Positions 37,524 to 48,800 of a DNA stretch of 51,512 nt are shown piece by piece. The notes under the pieces were generated by a model that was not told where the DNA came from, searched no databases, and saw only the letters and a program-made list of their open reading frames with translations. Every line of letters begins with the position of its first letter. Position 1 is the first letter of the stretch. The position numbers and the translations under genes are program-made. Source of the DNA: Myxococcota bacterium (lineage in GTDB: Bacteria; Myxococcota; JACRCW01); contig JBFMGU010000045.1 of the NCBI GenBank assembly GCA_040752415.1, forward strand, positions 1-51,512. Reading direction: 5' to 3'.

Positions 37524-38867
37524 TCACAGCTTGAGGCGCACGGCGGCGGCCACATTGTCCAGCTGCGCGTTGGTCATGCCCGCGGCCAATTTGTAGCGGC
37601 TGACGACGTGGTAGTACTCCACGCCCGCGTCAAGGTGCTTGTGCAACGGGAACAGCACGCCCAGCTGGAGGGCGGCGTTGAACACGCGCTCTCCCAGCGC
37701 CACCTTGTCCTCGTCCACCGTCTGCTCCGCGCCCAGTCCCGCAACCCATTCCACCTTGCCCGGCCAGATGGGTCCGGTGAGCTGCAGGAATCCGCCCACG
37801 GCGCGCAGCGTCTCCACGTCGCGCAGGGTGTTGGGCAGGGGCGCGCCCTTGTCATCCAGCAGCGCGTAGCGACGCACCCCGCTCATGGCAAACAGCGTGT
37901 TCACATTGGCTCCGCCCCACAGCGAGCCGATGGCGGAGAAGCCCAGCGCGCTCACGCGCCCGTCGACACCCACCAGGTAGCTCGGCAGCTGCTTGAAGGT
38001 GCGCACCGTGCCGTCGGGATGCGTGATGTTGTAGCTCTCCACGCCCGCGTGCCCCACCACGCCCAGCGCCAGGTGCTTGCTCTCCAGCGCGCCGCGCGCC
38101 TGCAGGAAGGGGAGGAGCCCGCGCGCGCCAGGGTCCACGGTGTCAAACAGGGCGGGCGCGGTGCCCTCGTGGTCGCCGCTGTGGGGGCGCACCAGGCTCA
38201 GCGCGCCCACGAACTTGGGTCCGCCCAGCACCGCCGGCATCGACGGGAAGGGCAGGTCGGTGAGCAGGGTCAGCTGCGGCAGCCGGTTCCACGCGAACCC
38301 CGCCTGCGTGAACGCGGGCACCGCCAGGTGATTCAGGCTCGTCGGGTAACGCGCCGCCACCACGCTGAGCGCCTGGCCCGCCTGCAGCTTCAGCCGCTCG
38401 GTACCCACCTGCAGGTACGCCAGCCGCAGCCGCGGGGCCACCTGCGTGACCCCAGGCGGTCCGCCGGGCAGGTAGATGCCAAAGAAGTCCAGCTCGCCCA
38501 CCGCGGTGCCCCGGATGAGCGGGGTGAGCTGCAGCGAGACCTCCGCGCCCACCCGTGACTGGCGCGGCGTGATGGTGAACGTGGCGCCATTGCTGAACGG
38601 CGTGGCGCCCGTGGCGCCGAGGGGCCTGGCGCCCGGACCCGCCGCAAAGGGAGCTTCCTGCGTGGGCGCCGGGGCGCCGCTGTTCACCACGGTGTTCACC
38701 ACCAGGAAGCCCGTGGGCTTGAGCCGGAATCCCAGGGCTCTCTCCAGCCACGCGCTCGCGGCGGCGGGATCGGGAGGCGCCGGCGGTGGAGGTTCCGTCG
38801 ACGTCGTGGCGGGAGGCGTGGTTGCGGCAAGGAGGAAGGTGACGGCAATGCAGGGAAGGGATGACAT
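37524..38867 (-). CDS. Outer-membrane porin (DcaP-like beta-barrel)
   Basis: Signal peptide and Pro-rich linker; RQSRVG, ELDFFG, RLRLAY, AGQ, RLPQL motifs; alternating beta-strand pattern. Confidence 0.7.
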   Translation of the reverse strand: MSSLPCIAVTFLLAATTPPATTSTEPPPPAPPDPAAASAWLERALGFRLKPTGFLVVNTVVNSGAPAPTQEAPFAAGPGARPLGATGATPFSNGATFTITPRQSRVGAEVSLQLTPLIRGTAVGELDFFGIYLPGGPPGVTQVAPRLRLAYLQVGTERLKLQAGQALSVVAARYPTSLNHLAVPAFTQAGFAWNRLPQLTLLTDLPFPSMPAVLGGPKFVGALSLVRPHSGDHEGTAPALFDTVDPGARGLLPFLQARGALESKHLALGVVGHAGVESYNITHPDGTVRTFKQLPSYLVGVDGRVSALGFSAIGSLWGGANVNTLFAMSGVRRYALLDDKGAPLPNTLRDVETLRAVGGFLQLTGPIWPGKVEWVAGLGAEQTVDEDKVALGERVFNAALQLGVLFPLHKHLDAGVEYYHVVSRYKLAAGMTNAQLDNVAAAVRLKL

Positions 38868-38879
38868 GCCGCGCCCGCT

Positions 38880-38895
38880 TGCAGCCCATGTGCCG
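38880..38895 (-). promoter_or_regulatory. Candidate sigma-54 promoter of the porin gene
   Basis: CGGCAC-ATGGG-CTGCA (GG-N10-GC), 12 nt upstream of ATG 38867. Confidence 0.4.
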
Positions 38896-39475
38896 CCACG
38901 GTGACGACGTGGTGCGCCGCGCCGGTGTGGCTTCCGCCCGCGTGAGGGGCTCCGGGATTCGCGCAAGCGCTGCGTGCTCGAGCAAGGACCTGGACCCGGG
39001 CGCCTTCCCTGCGCGATCACCCGGGTGATCCGGATGCCCGCCCACGCAAATCACCGCGTCCTGGCGCGGATCCGCGGTTTTTCCGCCGTGATCTCATCCG
39101 TCAGCCGGATGATGCGACATCGTCTCCGCGACGACGGGCAATTCGTCCCGGCGAGGCGTTCTGCCTCAGCGGTGCTGTGGGACCACGTGCGGACGGCACG
39201 CCGGTGGTGTCGACGAGCAACCTCATCACGCGTGCCGTTCAAGTGCCCGCTGCACAATGGAAACACCGGCGCCACCGCCCGTTTTGTTGGCCAACGTGCG
39301 AAATGCGATGGCAATGAAGGCCGCTGAAATGCGTTCCGCCACTGGCCCGCACGTCATCCCACACGGTTTTCTCGACGAGAAACTGCGCGCTTCAAGATTC
39401 GTCTTCCTTGCGTTTCAACCTGGGCACTCTTTAATTTGCGTTTAGTCGTTGGTTTTACCGACGCGGAGGTCGCAC

Positions 39476-40456
39476 ATGGGAAACGTCAACGCAGGGAGCG
39501 TGGTGGGGCGGTCGCTGCTTTTGGCGGTGGGGCTGACGTTGCTGGCCCCGGGCGCGGCCCGCGCGGATGAGGACAACGGGCCGGGCGGCACGGTGAGCTG
39601 CGACTTTGACCTCTCGCATGACACCAACCCCGCCACCGTGGGCGCGGTGATCGAGCGGGATCGCATGTACATGGCGGAGCGTCCCGGGCTGCAGCGCAAG
39701 AACCTGCCGCTGGGCTTCGTGTTTGACGCCAATGACATGCACCTGACCTCCGGCGGGCGCTACCTGTTCGCCTCGGAGCACCAGGCGCGTGAGTACCTGG
39801 AGTGGGTGCGTGAGGAGTTCGTGCTGGACAACACGCACTTCTTTGACCGCTCCACCTTCGTCAACCCGGAGTGCCACACCTTCCGCCTCATCGGCAACGC
39901 CGACCTTGGCGACGTCAACACGCAGCAGGTGGTGATGCGGACGGAGCGCTTCCGCGTGCCGCACTCCAACCAGCAGCACCAGCTGCGTGAGGCGTTCACC
40001 GCGCTGGTGGGTGAGGCGCAGTCCCGCGGCCTGACCGGGGTGCGCCTGGCCTACAACAAGCATGAGGAGCTGGTGGAGCTGACGTACTTCGCCAATCGCG
40101 TGGGTCAGCCGCTCCCGTTTACCCCGGACTTCGCCAGCCTCTTCGCGCTGCAACACGCGCCCGCGCTGGGGGAGTCGCTGCTGGCCCTGGGCTACTCGCG
40201 CGTGTTTGACCGGACCCAGTTCGTGCTGACGGTCTGGTACCCGTTCGTGGCCGGCGACCACGGCACGCCCGCCCCCTTCCCCAACTCCCCGCCGCTGCCC
40301 GCCCCCTACTGTGGCGACGGCGTGTGTGAGGTCAGCCGCGGTGAGAGCGGGACCAGCTGCGCGGTGGACTGCACGCCGCACTGCGGTGACGCCATCTGCC
40401 AGGCGGACGAGAACGAGAGCACCCAGAACTGCCCGGGTGACTGCCGCCTGGAATGA
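39476..40456 (+). CDS. Secreted YdhR-like (alpha+beta barrel, putative monooxygenase) protein with Cys-rich tail
   Basis: Signal peptide ending ARA; PGLQRK...GGRYLFASEHQAREYL resembles YdhR; two CGD..C....E....C..DC repeats; GGAGG RBS. Confidence 0.7.
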   Translation: MGNVNAGSVVGRSLLLAVGLTLLAPGAARADEDNGPGGTVSCDFDLSHDTNPATVGAVIERDRMYMAERPGLQRKNLPLGFVFDANDMHLTSGGRYLFASEHQAREYLEWVREEFVLDNTHFFDRSTFVNPECHTFRLIGNADLGDVNTQQVVMRTERFRVPHSNQQHQLREAFTALVGEAQSRGLTGVRLAYNKHEELVELTYFANRVGQPLPFTPDFASLFALQHAPALGESLLALGYSRVFDRTQFVLTVWYPFVAGDHGTPAPFPNSPPLPAPYCGDGVCEVSRGESGTSCAVDCTPHCGDAICQADENESTQNCPGDCRLE

Positions 40457-40544
40457 TGGATTGATGATTGATGGATGGTTTCCGGATTCGGGACTGGTTT
40501 CCGGACGGAACCGCCGTTCCCCGGAATCACTGAAAGGTGGATGG

Positions 40545-41222
40545 ATGAAGCGCGTGTTGGAAGCCATTGCTGCGCGGCAGGCCCGGTTTGCGGCCCAGCC
40601 CTTCTTCAAGCGGCTGGAAGGGGTTGGCACCGTCGAGGAGGCGCGGGCCTTTGCACCGCAGCTCACCTTCTTCGTGATGGTGTTCCAGGACATCCTGCGG
40701 GTGAATGAAGCCAAGGTGAAGGACCCGGCGCTGCGCAAGGTGGCGCGCCATCACCGCGTGGAGGACCGCGGCCATGACAACTGGTTCCTCCATGACCTGG
40801 ACCAGCTGGGGGTGACGCACGGAATTGGCTGGTTGTTTGGCCCTCGTCACGCCGCCACGCGGGATGCCGCCTACGCGTTGATGTCGGAGGTGCACCGCGC
40901 CAGCGGGGACCACGTGCGCGTGGCGCTCCTGCTGGTCCTGGAGGCCACCGGCGACGCGTTCTTCTCCCGCATCCCCGGATTCATGGCGCGCGCGGGTTTT
41001 GACAAGCCGCTCAAGTATTTCTCGGAAGCGCATCACCAGGTGGAGCGCAACCACGAGATGTTCGAGCGGCGCATGCAGGAGGAGCTGCGCGCGCTGGTGG
41101 TTCCCGGGGAGGTGGAGGCGGAGGCGCTGGCCATGGTGGAGCGCGCGTTCGACACCATGGAGGGGATGGTGGCGGGGTTTGCCGCCAGCATGGAGCGCGC
41201 CGCTTCCCCGGCGGTGGCCTGA
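40545..41222 (+). CDS. Heme-oxygenase-like diiron enzyme (AetD-like)
   Basis: All-helical; H..EDxxH..WFL.DL..LG, LEATG..FF and YF...H..VE..H metal-ligand pattern. Confidence 0.75.
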   Translation: MKRVLEAIAARQARFAAQPFFKRLEGVGTVEEARAFAPQLTFFVMVFQDILRVNEAKVKDPALRKVARHHRVEDRGHDNWFLHDLDQLGVTHGIGWLFGPRHAATRDAAYALMSEVHRASGDHVRVALLLVLEATGDAFFSRIPGFMARAGFDKPLKYFSEAHHQVERNHEMFERRMQEELRALVVPGEVEAEALAMVERAFDTMEGMVAGFAASMERAASPAVA

Positions 41223-41224
41223 CC

Positions 41225-42622
41225 ATGACGGTCTGGACCGAGGGCGACCTGCGCGCATTGGAGGACGCCACCGGTGTGGCCCTGCGGCGCGACCCCGGCA
41301 CGTTGGGGGTCCACGGCGAGGATTTTGGACGCCTCTCACGCGGGACGGCACGGGCGGTCCTGCCCATCACCGACCCCGCCCAGCTGGAGCGGGCGCTGCG
41401 GCTGGCGGCGGAGCGCGCCCTGCGCCTGACCCCGCGCGGCATGGGGATGAGCCAGGGCGGCCAGTCCGTTCCCGCCGACGGCGTCTCCCTGGACCTCACC
41501 GGCCTGCACCGCATCCTCGAGGTGGACGAGGACGCCCTGACGGTGCGCTGCCAGGCCGGCGCCCGCTGGCGCACGCTGGTGGCGGAGCTGGCCCGACGAG
41601 GACTCCTCCCGCGCGTGCTCCCGCTGAACCTGGATCTCACCGTGGGTGGCGTGCTCTCCGTGGGAGGGATCGGCGCCACCAGCCACCGCTTTGGCGTGGT
41701 GGCCGCCAACGTCCCGCAGCTGGAGGTGGTGACCGGCGCCGGCGCGCGCGTGCGTTGCGGCGCCACGGAGGAGCGGGAGGTCTACGACGCCACGTTGGCC
41801 GGCCTGGGACGGTGCGCGGTCATCACCTCCGCCAGCGTGCAGCTCCGTCGCATTGCCCCGCGGGTGCGCACCTTCTACCTGCTCTACGACGAGCTCGAGC
41901 CCTGGCTCGCCGACCAGCGCGCCCTGGTTGCCGCCGACCGCGCCGACTACCTCGAGGCCTTCATGACCTGCGCGGTGCAGGGGCTGCACAACACGCCCGC
42001 CGGTCGGCGACCGTTGCCGCAGTGGTTCTACGCGCTGCACGTCAGCCGCGAGTACCACGACGCGCCCCCCGACGGTGACGAGGTGCTCTCCGGGCTCCGC
42101 CCCTACCGGCGCATCCACGTGGAGGACAATGACACCGGCGCGTTTGCCGCGCGTTATGAGCCGCGCTTCGAGGTCATGCGACGCACCGGCGCCTGGCAGG
42201 AGGCCCACCCGTGGCTGGAGGCCTTCGTGCCGGTGGCGTCGTTGGGGGCGCTGCTGCCGCGCGTGCTGGCCGCATTGCCTCTGTTCCTGGGGGATGGGCA
42301 CCGCCTGATGTTCGTCAACACGCGGCAGGCCCCGCGCGCGCTCGCGTTGCCCCAGGCCCCGGAGGTGGCCGCGCTGGCGGTGCTCCCCGCCGGGCTCAAC
42401 GCCGCCTTCACCGAGGACGCGCTGCGCGCGCTGGGCGCGGTGCACCACGCGCTGCTGCAGGCCGGCGGCAAGCGCTACCTCTCCGGCTGGCTGGGCATGA
42501 TGGACGCCGCGGCCTGGCGCCAGCACCACGGTGCCGGTTGGGACGCGTGGGTGGCGGCCCGTCGACGCTGGGATCCCGCCGGCGTGCTGGACTCGGTGCT
42601 CACGCGCAACACCGGCGCCTGA
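41225..42622 (+). CDS. FAD-linked oxidase of the VAO/PCMH family, cytokinin-dehydrogenase-like
   Basis: DFG, RG.G.S.GGQS, LTVGGVLS.GGIG, GLGRC.VIT, W...HPWL..FVP, GGKRYL, RWDP.GVL. Confidence 0.88.
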   Translation: MTVWTEGDLRALEDATGVALRRDPGTLGVHGEDFGRLSRGTARAVLPITDPAQLERALRLAAERALRLTPRGMGMSQGGQSVPADGVSLDLTGLHRILEVDEDALTVRCQAGARWRTLVAELARRGLLPRVLPLNLDLTVGGVLSVGGIGATSHRFGVVAANVPQLEVVTGAGARVRCGATEEREVYDATLAGLGRCAVITSASVQLRRIAPRVRTFYLLYDELEPWLADQRALVAADRADYLEAFMTCAVQGLHNTPAGRRPLPQWFYALHVSREYHDAPPDGDEVLSGLRPYRRIHVEDNDTGAFAARYEPRFEVMRRTGAWQEAHPWLEAFVPVASLGALLPRVLAALPLFLGDGHRLMFVNTRQAPRALALPQAPEVAALAVLPAGLNAAFTEDALRALGAVHHALLQAGGKRYLSGWLGMMDAAAWRQHHGAGWDAWVAARRRWDPAGVLDSVLTRNTGA

Positions 42623-42849
42623 GTCCTCGGCGTGGCCGGCGCCCACATGTAGGTGTGGTGCCGACGTGCGCGGTGACGTCGCGCAAGACCGTCGTTGTTG
42701 CCAATGGGATTGGGCGCGGCCTACCGTGGCGCTTCCATGATGCCGCGCTGACACGTGGCGCAACAACGCGACGCACGCCTCTTTCCGTCGGGGGTTTCGC
42801 GGGAGGACGTGCGGCGCGGTCGTTCCAATTGGGTGCTGGGAGGTTCCTC

Positions 42850-45800
42850 ATGAAGCGCGTGGTGGTCGCCTCGAGTCTCACGCTGGTGATCGGTCTGATG
42901 TCCGCTTGCGAGGAGGAGAAGCCGCCGCCTCCGCCGGTGGTGCCGGAGATGCCCACGCTCACCGAGGTGCTCCCCGCCGGCCCCGCCAACGACAACAACC
43001 CGCACGTCAAGGGCACCGCGCCCGCCGGCACCACGGTGAGCCTGTACGGCAACAGCTCGTGCAGCACCGCGGAGCTGGCCACCGGCACCGCGGAGGCCTT
43101 CGCCGCCGAGGGATTGGCGGTGGAGGTCCAGGACAACTCCACCTCCACCTTCTTCGCCATCGCCACCAGCGGGGAGGGGGTGAGCTCGCCGTGCTCCGAC
43201 ACCTCGGTGAGCTACGTGGAGGACAGCGCGGCGCCCGCCACGCCCGCCGCGCCCGTTGTCACTCCGGTGGGCCCCGCCAACAACAACACCCCCACGCTCA
43301 GCGGCACCGTCGAGGTGGGAAGCACCGTCACCGTGCACAAGGAGGCCGCGTGCACCGACGCCGCGGTGGCCCAGGGCGCCGCCGGGGAGGGCGGGGCCTA
43401 CAGCCTGCAGGTCACCGTGGCGGATGACAGCGTCTCCACCTTCTACGTGCGCGCCACCGACGTGTCGGGGAACGCCAGCGCCTGCTCGCCCGGCGTCAGC
43501 TACACGGAGGACAGCACCGCGCCGGAGGCGCCCGTCTTCAACCCGGGCTACCCGGTCTCACCCTCCAACGACAACGTGCCGGAGTTCCGTGGCACCGCGG
43601 AAGCGGGCAGCACGGTGCGCCTCTACACCGACGCGGCGTGCGCCACCTCCGCGGTGGCGGTGGGCTCGGCCTCGGACTTCGGGTCGTCGGGCCTGCAGTT
43701 CACCGTGGCCGACAACAGCACCACCACCGTCTACGCCACCGCCACCGACCGCGTGGGCAACGTCAGCCCCTGCACCACCGAGGGTGTGACCTACGTGGAG
43801 GACAGCTCCCCGCCCCCGCCCGCCACGCTCTCCGCCATCAACCCCGTGGGGCCGGCCAACAACCGCGCGCCCGTCGTCACCGGCACCGCGGAGGCCGGGA
43901 CCAGCGTGCGCATCTTCCCCGGTCCGGGCTGCACCACGCTGGTGGGCCAGGGCACCGCGGAGGAGCTGGCCACCGGCATCACCCTCTCGCTCCCCGACAA
44001 CACCACGCTCACGCTCTACGTCACCACCGAGGACACCGCGGGCAACCGCAGCACGTGCACCGCCTCCAGCATCACCTACACGGTGGACAGCACACCGCCC
44101 ACGCCGCCCTCGTTCCTCGGCTCCACGCCGCTGTCCCCCGCCAACAACAACGCGCCGCTGATCCGCGGCCGCGCGCCGGGCGCCGTGCTGGTGCACCTCT
44201 ACCGCGACGCGGAGTGCACCGGGGAGATCACCGGCTCGGGCAGCGCCACCGACTTCGAAGGCAGCGGCCTGTCGGTCCTGGCCGACGACAACACCACCAC
44301 CCGCTACTACGGTCGCTCCGAGGACGTCGCGGGCAACATCTCGGACTGTTCCCCCACCTCGCTCGCCTACACGGAGGACAGCCTCCCGCCCGACCCGCCG
44401 CAGATCCTCGGCACGCAGCCCGCCTCCCCCGCCAATGACAACCAGCCGCGCGTGGCCGGCAGCGCGGAGGTGGGCGCCACGGTGCGCATCTTCACCGACT
44501 CCAACTGCACCGTGCAGGTCTCGCAGGGCGCGTCGGCGGCATTTGCCTCCACCGGTCTGCGCGTGGACCCGCCCGTGGGCGACGACAGCACCACGCAGTT
44601 CCACGCCAACGCCACCGACCTGGCGGGCAACACCAGCGCCTGCACCGCCACCGGCTACACCTACGTGGAGGACAGCATTGCGCCCGCCGCCGCCGACGTG
44701 GCCGCGGTGAGCCCGGGAGGACCCGCCAACGAGAACAACCCGGTGGTCACGGGCTCCGCGGAGGCGCTCTCCGTCGTGGACCTGTTTGACAACGCCAACT
44801 GCACGGGCACCCCCATCGCCAGCGGCACCGCGGAGGAGTTCTCCACCAGCGGCATTGCCGCGGCGGTGGCGGATGACAGCATCACCACCATCCACGCGCG
44901 CGCCACCGACGTGGCCGCCAACCCCGGCCCCTGCTCGGCCACCTACGTGACCTATGAGGAGGACAGCACGCCGCCCGCGCCGCCGGCCTTCACCGACCTG
45001 CAGCCCGCGCTCGCCGCCAACAACGAGAACAACCCGCTCTTGAGCGGCACCGGGGAGGCCGACACCACGCTGCGCGTCTACAGCGATGATACCTGCGTGA
45101 CATTCCTCGGCGAGACCATGGTGGCGGTGGATGGGACGTGGTCCCTGACGCTCACGGTGGACGACGACAGCACCACCGCCCTGCACGTCACCGCCACCGA
45201 CAGATCGGCCAACAGCAGCCCCTGCACCTACCTGGCCACCTACGTGGAGGACAGCACGCCGCCCAGCCCGCCCACCATCACCAGCACCTTCCCGCCCTCT
45301 CCTGCCAACGACAGCGCCCCCGACGTCAACGGGACGGCGGAGCCGGGCGTGACGGTGTCGGTGTACGCGGATGCCAGCTGCGCCGGGACCCCCCACACCA
45401 CCGTGGCCGACGACAACGGCGCGTTCACGATTCTGGATGTTGCGGTCACCGGCGATGGGACCCACCCGCTGCGCGCCACCGCCACCGACCTGGCGGGCAA
45501 CGCCAGCCCCTGCTCCCCCACGGGTATTGACTACGTGTTGGACAGCACGCTGGACCCCATCTTCGTCATCACCGCCGCGGTGCCCGCCTCGCCTTCCACC
45601 AGCCTCACGCCGGAGATCGCGGGCGACACGGTGCCCAACGCCATGGTCTCGCTGTTCTCGGATGCGCAGTGCACCACGCCGCTGCTGCCCGCCACCGACG
45701 GGGGCCCGGGCTACGTGCGCGCGGACGACCAGGGCACCTTCACCGTCACGGTGCTGCCGCTGGCCGCCAACGCCGCCACCCCCTTCTACGCGCGCATCGC

Positions 45801-48800
45801 GGATGACGCCGGCAACGTGCTGCCGTGCGTGGCCTCCTCGCCCGCGTTCGTCTACCAGCACGACGATCAGCCCCCCACCGCCGGCGGCGCCGTGGTCCGC
45901 GACGGTCTGGGGCTCGACCGGGCCTACTCCTCCAGCGGCACCGAGGTGGCGCTCAACTGGGACGCGTTCACGGACGCCGTGGGCGTATCCACCTACGAGG
46001 TCAGCCTGGGGACCAACGCCACGTGCACCGCCCTGGTGGCGGCGTGGCAGGCCGTGGGCAACACGCTTTCCGCCACCCTCACCGGGCTCAACCTGTCCCA
46101 CGCCGGGGTCTACTACACGTGTGTGCGCGCCCGGGACCAGGCCGGCAACACCTCCGCGCCCGTCGCCTCCGACGGTTTCACGGTGGACCTCACCAATCCC
46201 ACCGTGCCGGGCAATGCCACCGCCACGGCGGGCAACCGTCAGGCCAGCCTGTCCTGGACTGCCTCCACGGACACCGGCTCCGGCGTGGACCACTATGAGA
46301 TTGCCTACTGTGTCCAGCAGGGCGGCCCGTGCCAGCCCGCCGACCCGCCCCAGATCACCGGCATCACCGGCAACAGCGTCGTGATCAAGGGGCTGGACAA
46401 CTGCGTCACCTACGACTTCGTCGTCCGCGCCGTGGACCGCGCGGCCAACACCTCCGACTACAGCGCCCGGGCCAGCGCGCTCACCACCCTGCCCCTGGTG
46501 ACCAACCTCAAGACGGTGGTCGGGCCGGGAACCCTGGAGCTCTCCTGGGAGGAGGCCAACCACGCTTCCGACTACGAGGTCTGCTACTCCAACGGCGCCA
46601 ACGCGTGCCAGGGCACGGTGGTCTCCACCGGCGGCGCCACGGCCAAGCGCCTGGTGGGCCTGCCCCTGACCACCGCCAAGGTCTCGGTCCGACCGCTGGA
46701 CGACACCTGCGTGGGCCCCGCCCTCGCCGACACCAACGTGCTCTTCCCTTCCCTCGCGGAGAGGGAGATTGGTGGCCTGGCCGCGCCGGTGCTCCTGGCG
46801 GCGGACATCAACGTCGACGGCTACGTGGATCTCATCTCCGCCTACAGCGGTGTGGTCATCATTGCCAACGGCGTCAGTGCCACCACTGCGAACTATGACG
46901 TCATTGCCTCCTTCAGCGGCGCCGACGAGTTTGGCGCCGCCGTGGCCATTGTCGGCGACCTGGATGACGACGGAGCAGCGGACATCGTGGTGGGCTCGCC
47001 GGCCTACAATGGCAACGACGGCAGGGTGGACGCGTTCTCCATGGCCACCGGGCGCGTGCTGTGGACCGCGTACGGGGATATCGGTTCCCGCCTCGGCTCC
47101 TCGCTGGCCGCGGTGGGCGACTCCACCGTGGACGGGGATGCCCTGGCGGACGTGGTGGCCGGCGCGCCCGGCGTTGCCGGCAACAACGGATACGCCGCGT
47201 TCCTGGCCGGCGCGGACGGCGCGGAGATTGCGCGCGTGAATGGTCCGTCCAGCGGTCGGCTGGGGACGCGCGCCGCCACCGCCGGAGACGTCAACGGCGA
47301 CGGCGTGGGCGACGCCATTGTCGGCGCTCCGGAATACGACAGCGGCCGGGGCCAGGCGCTGGTGCTCTCCGGCGCCGACCACGCCGTCCTGCACACCCTG
47401 AACGGCGGCACCGCCGGGGACCGCTTTGGCGACGCGGTGGCCGGAAGCGGCGACACCAACGGCGACGGGCTGGCGGACGTGGTGGTGGGCGCGCCCTACG
47501 TCACCGTCAACAACATCAGCGGCGCCGGCCGGGCCACCGTCTACTCCGGCGCCGACGGGGCCACGCTGTTCGTGGTGGACGGCACCACCGCGGATGAGCA
47601 CACCGGCGCGGCGGTCAGCTCCGCCGGGGATGTGGATGCCGACGGCAACATGGACGTGGCGGTGGGCTCGCCGGATGCGGACCGTCGACTCTTGAGCCGC
47701 ACGGGCACGGTGGGCGTCTACTCCGGCGTGAACGGCCGCCTCTTGTACCGCACGGACGGTCGCGGCGGCGGAGACCGGCTGGGCGCGGTGCTGACCACGG
47801 GAGACCTGGATGGCGACGGAAACAGCGACACGCTGGCCACCGCGCCGGGCTCCGGCAGCGTCTACGGTTTGCTGCCCAACGGCGAGCTGGGCATGTACCA
47901 CGGCGACGCCCCGCGCCCGCTGGCGGAGCAGGGCTACGGCGGCCTCCCGCTGGTCTACGCCGCCGTGGGTGCCACCGAGACGTTCAGCGCCGTGGGCCCC
48001 AACACCGCGGGCGCCACCTACTCCGTGCTCTCCAGCAACAGCGGCTCTCCCACCATGGCGGGCGCCGTCTACGCCCCCGGCGCCATCGCGGGCCGGGTGG
48101 ACACCCTTCGCGTGACGGATGCGCTCGGCCGCACCCGTGACAAGCGCGTGCTGGCGCTGGACCACACCGTCACCAGCACGTTGACCGGGGGCGCCGCCTC
48201 CGACGCCTTTGGTCAGGTCATCCGCTCCGTGGGGGACCTCGACCTGGATGGCATCGTGGACTTCGTGGTGAGCGCTCCCAAGTACGGCGCCAGCAACAGC
48301 GGTGCGGTGTATGCGTACTCCGGTCGCGACGCCTCCCTGCTCTGGACCGCCTATGGCGACTCCAATGACAGCACCTACGGCACCGCGGTGGCCGGGTTGG
48401 GCGACGTCAACGACGACGGTCTCCGGGATGTGGCGGTGGGCCAGTACGGGACCGGCAAGGTGTTCATCTACGGCGGGGACGGCGCCACGCTGGGCACCAT
48501 TGTGGGGCCGGCGGGCACGCAGTTCGGCTTTGCGCTCGCCGGTGTGAGCGACTTCAACGGCGACCAGATCCCGGACATCCTGGTCGGCGCGCCGGAGCAC
48601 CTGGGCGGCGTGGGCGCCATCCACATCTACAGCCCCGACGGCACCGCGCTGTATTTCAAGGAGGGGCTCTACGGTCCGCCCGCCGCCAATGACCGCGGCA
48701 ACGCCCACTTCGGCTTCTCGGTGGCTTCGCTGGGGGACCTGACCCTGGACGGCCTGGATGAGCTGCTGGTGGGCGCACCCGACGCGGACCTGGTGGCGCA

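Noticed and set aside
41225..42622. Calling the gene a true cytokinin dehydrogenase (ckx)
   Set aside because: The covalent-FAD His and catalytic Asp motifs are substituted.
42211..42849. N-terminal extension of the adhesin ORF
   Set aside because: Overlaps the FAD oxidase; the RBS and lipoprotein signal identify ATG 42850.
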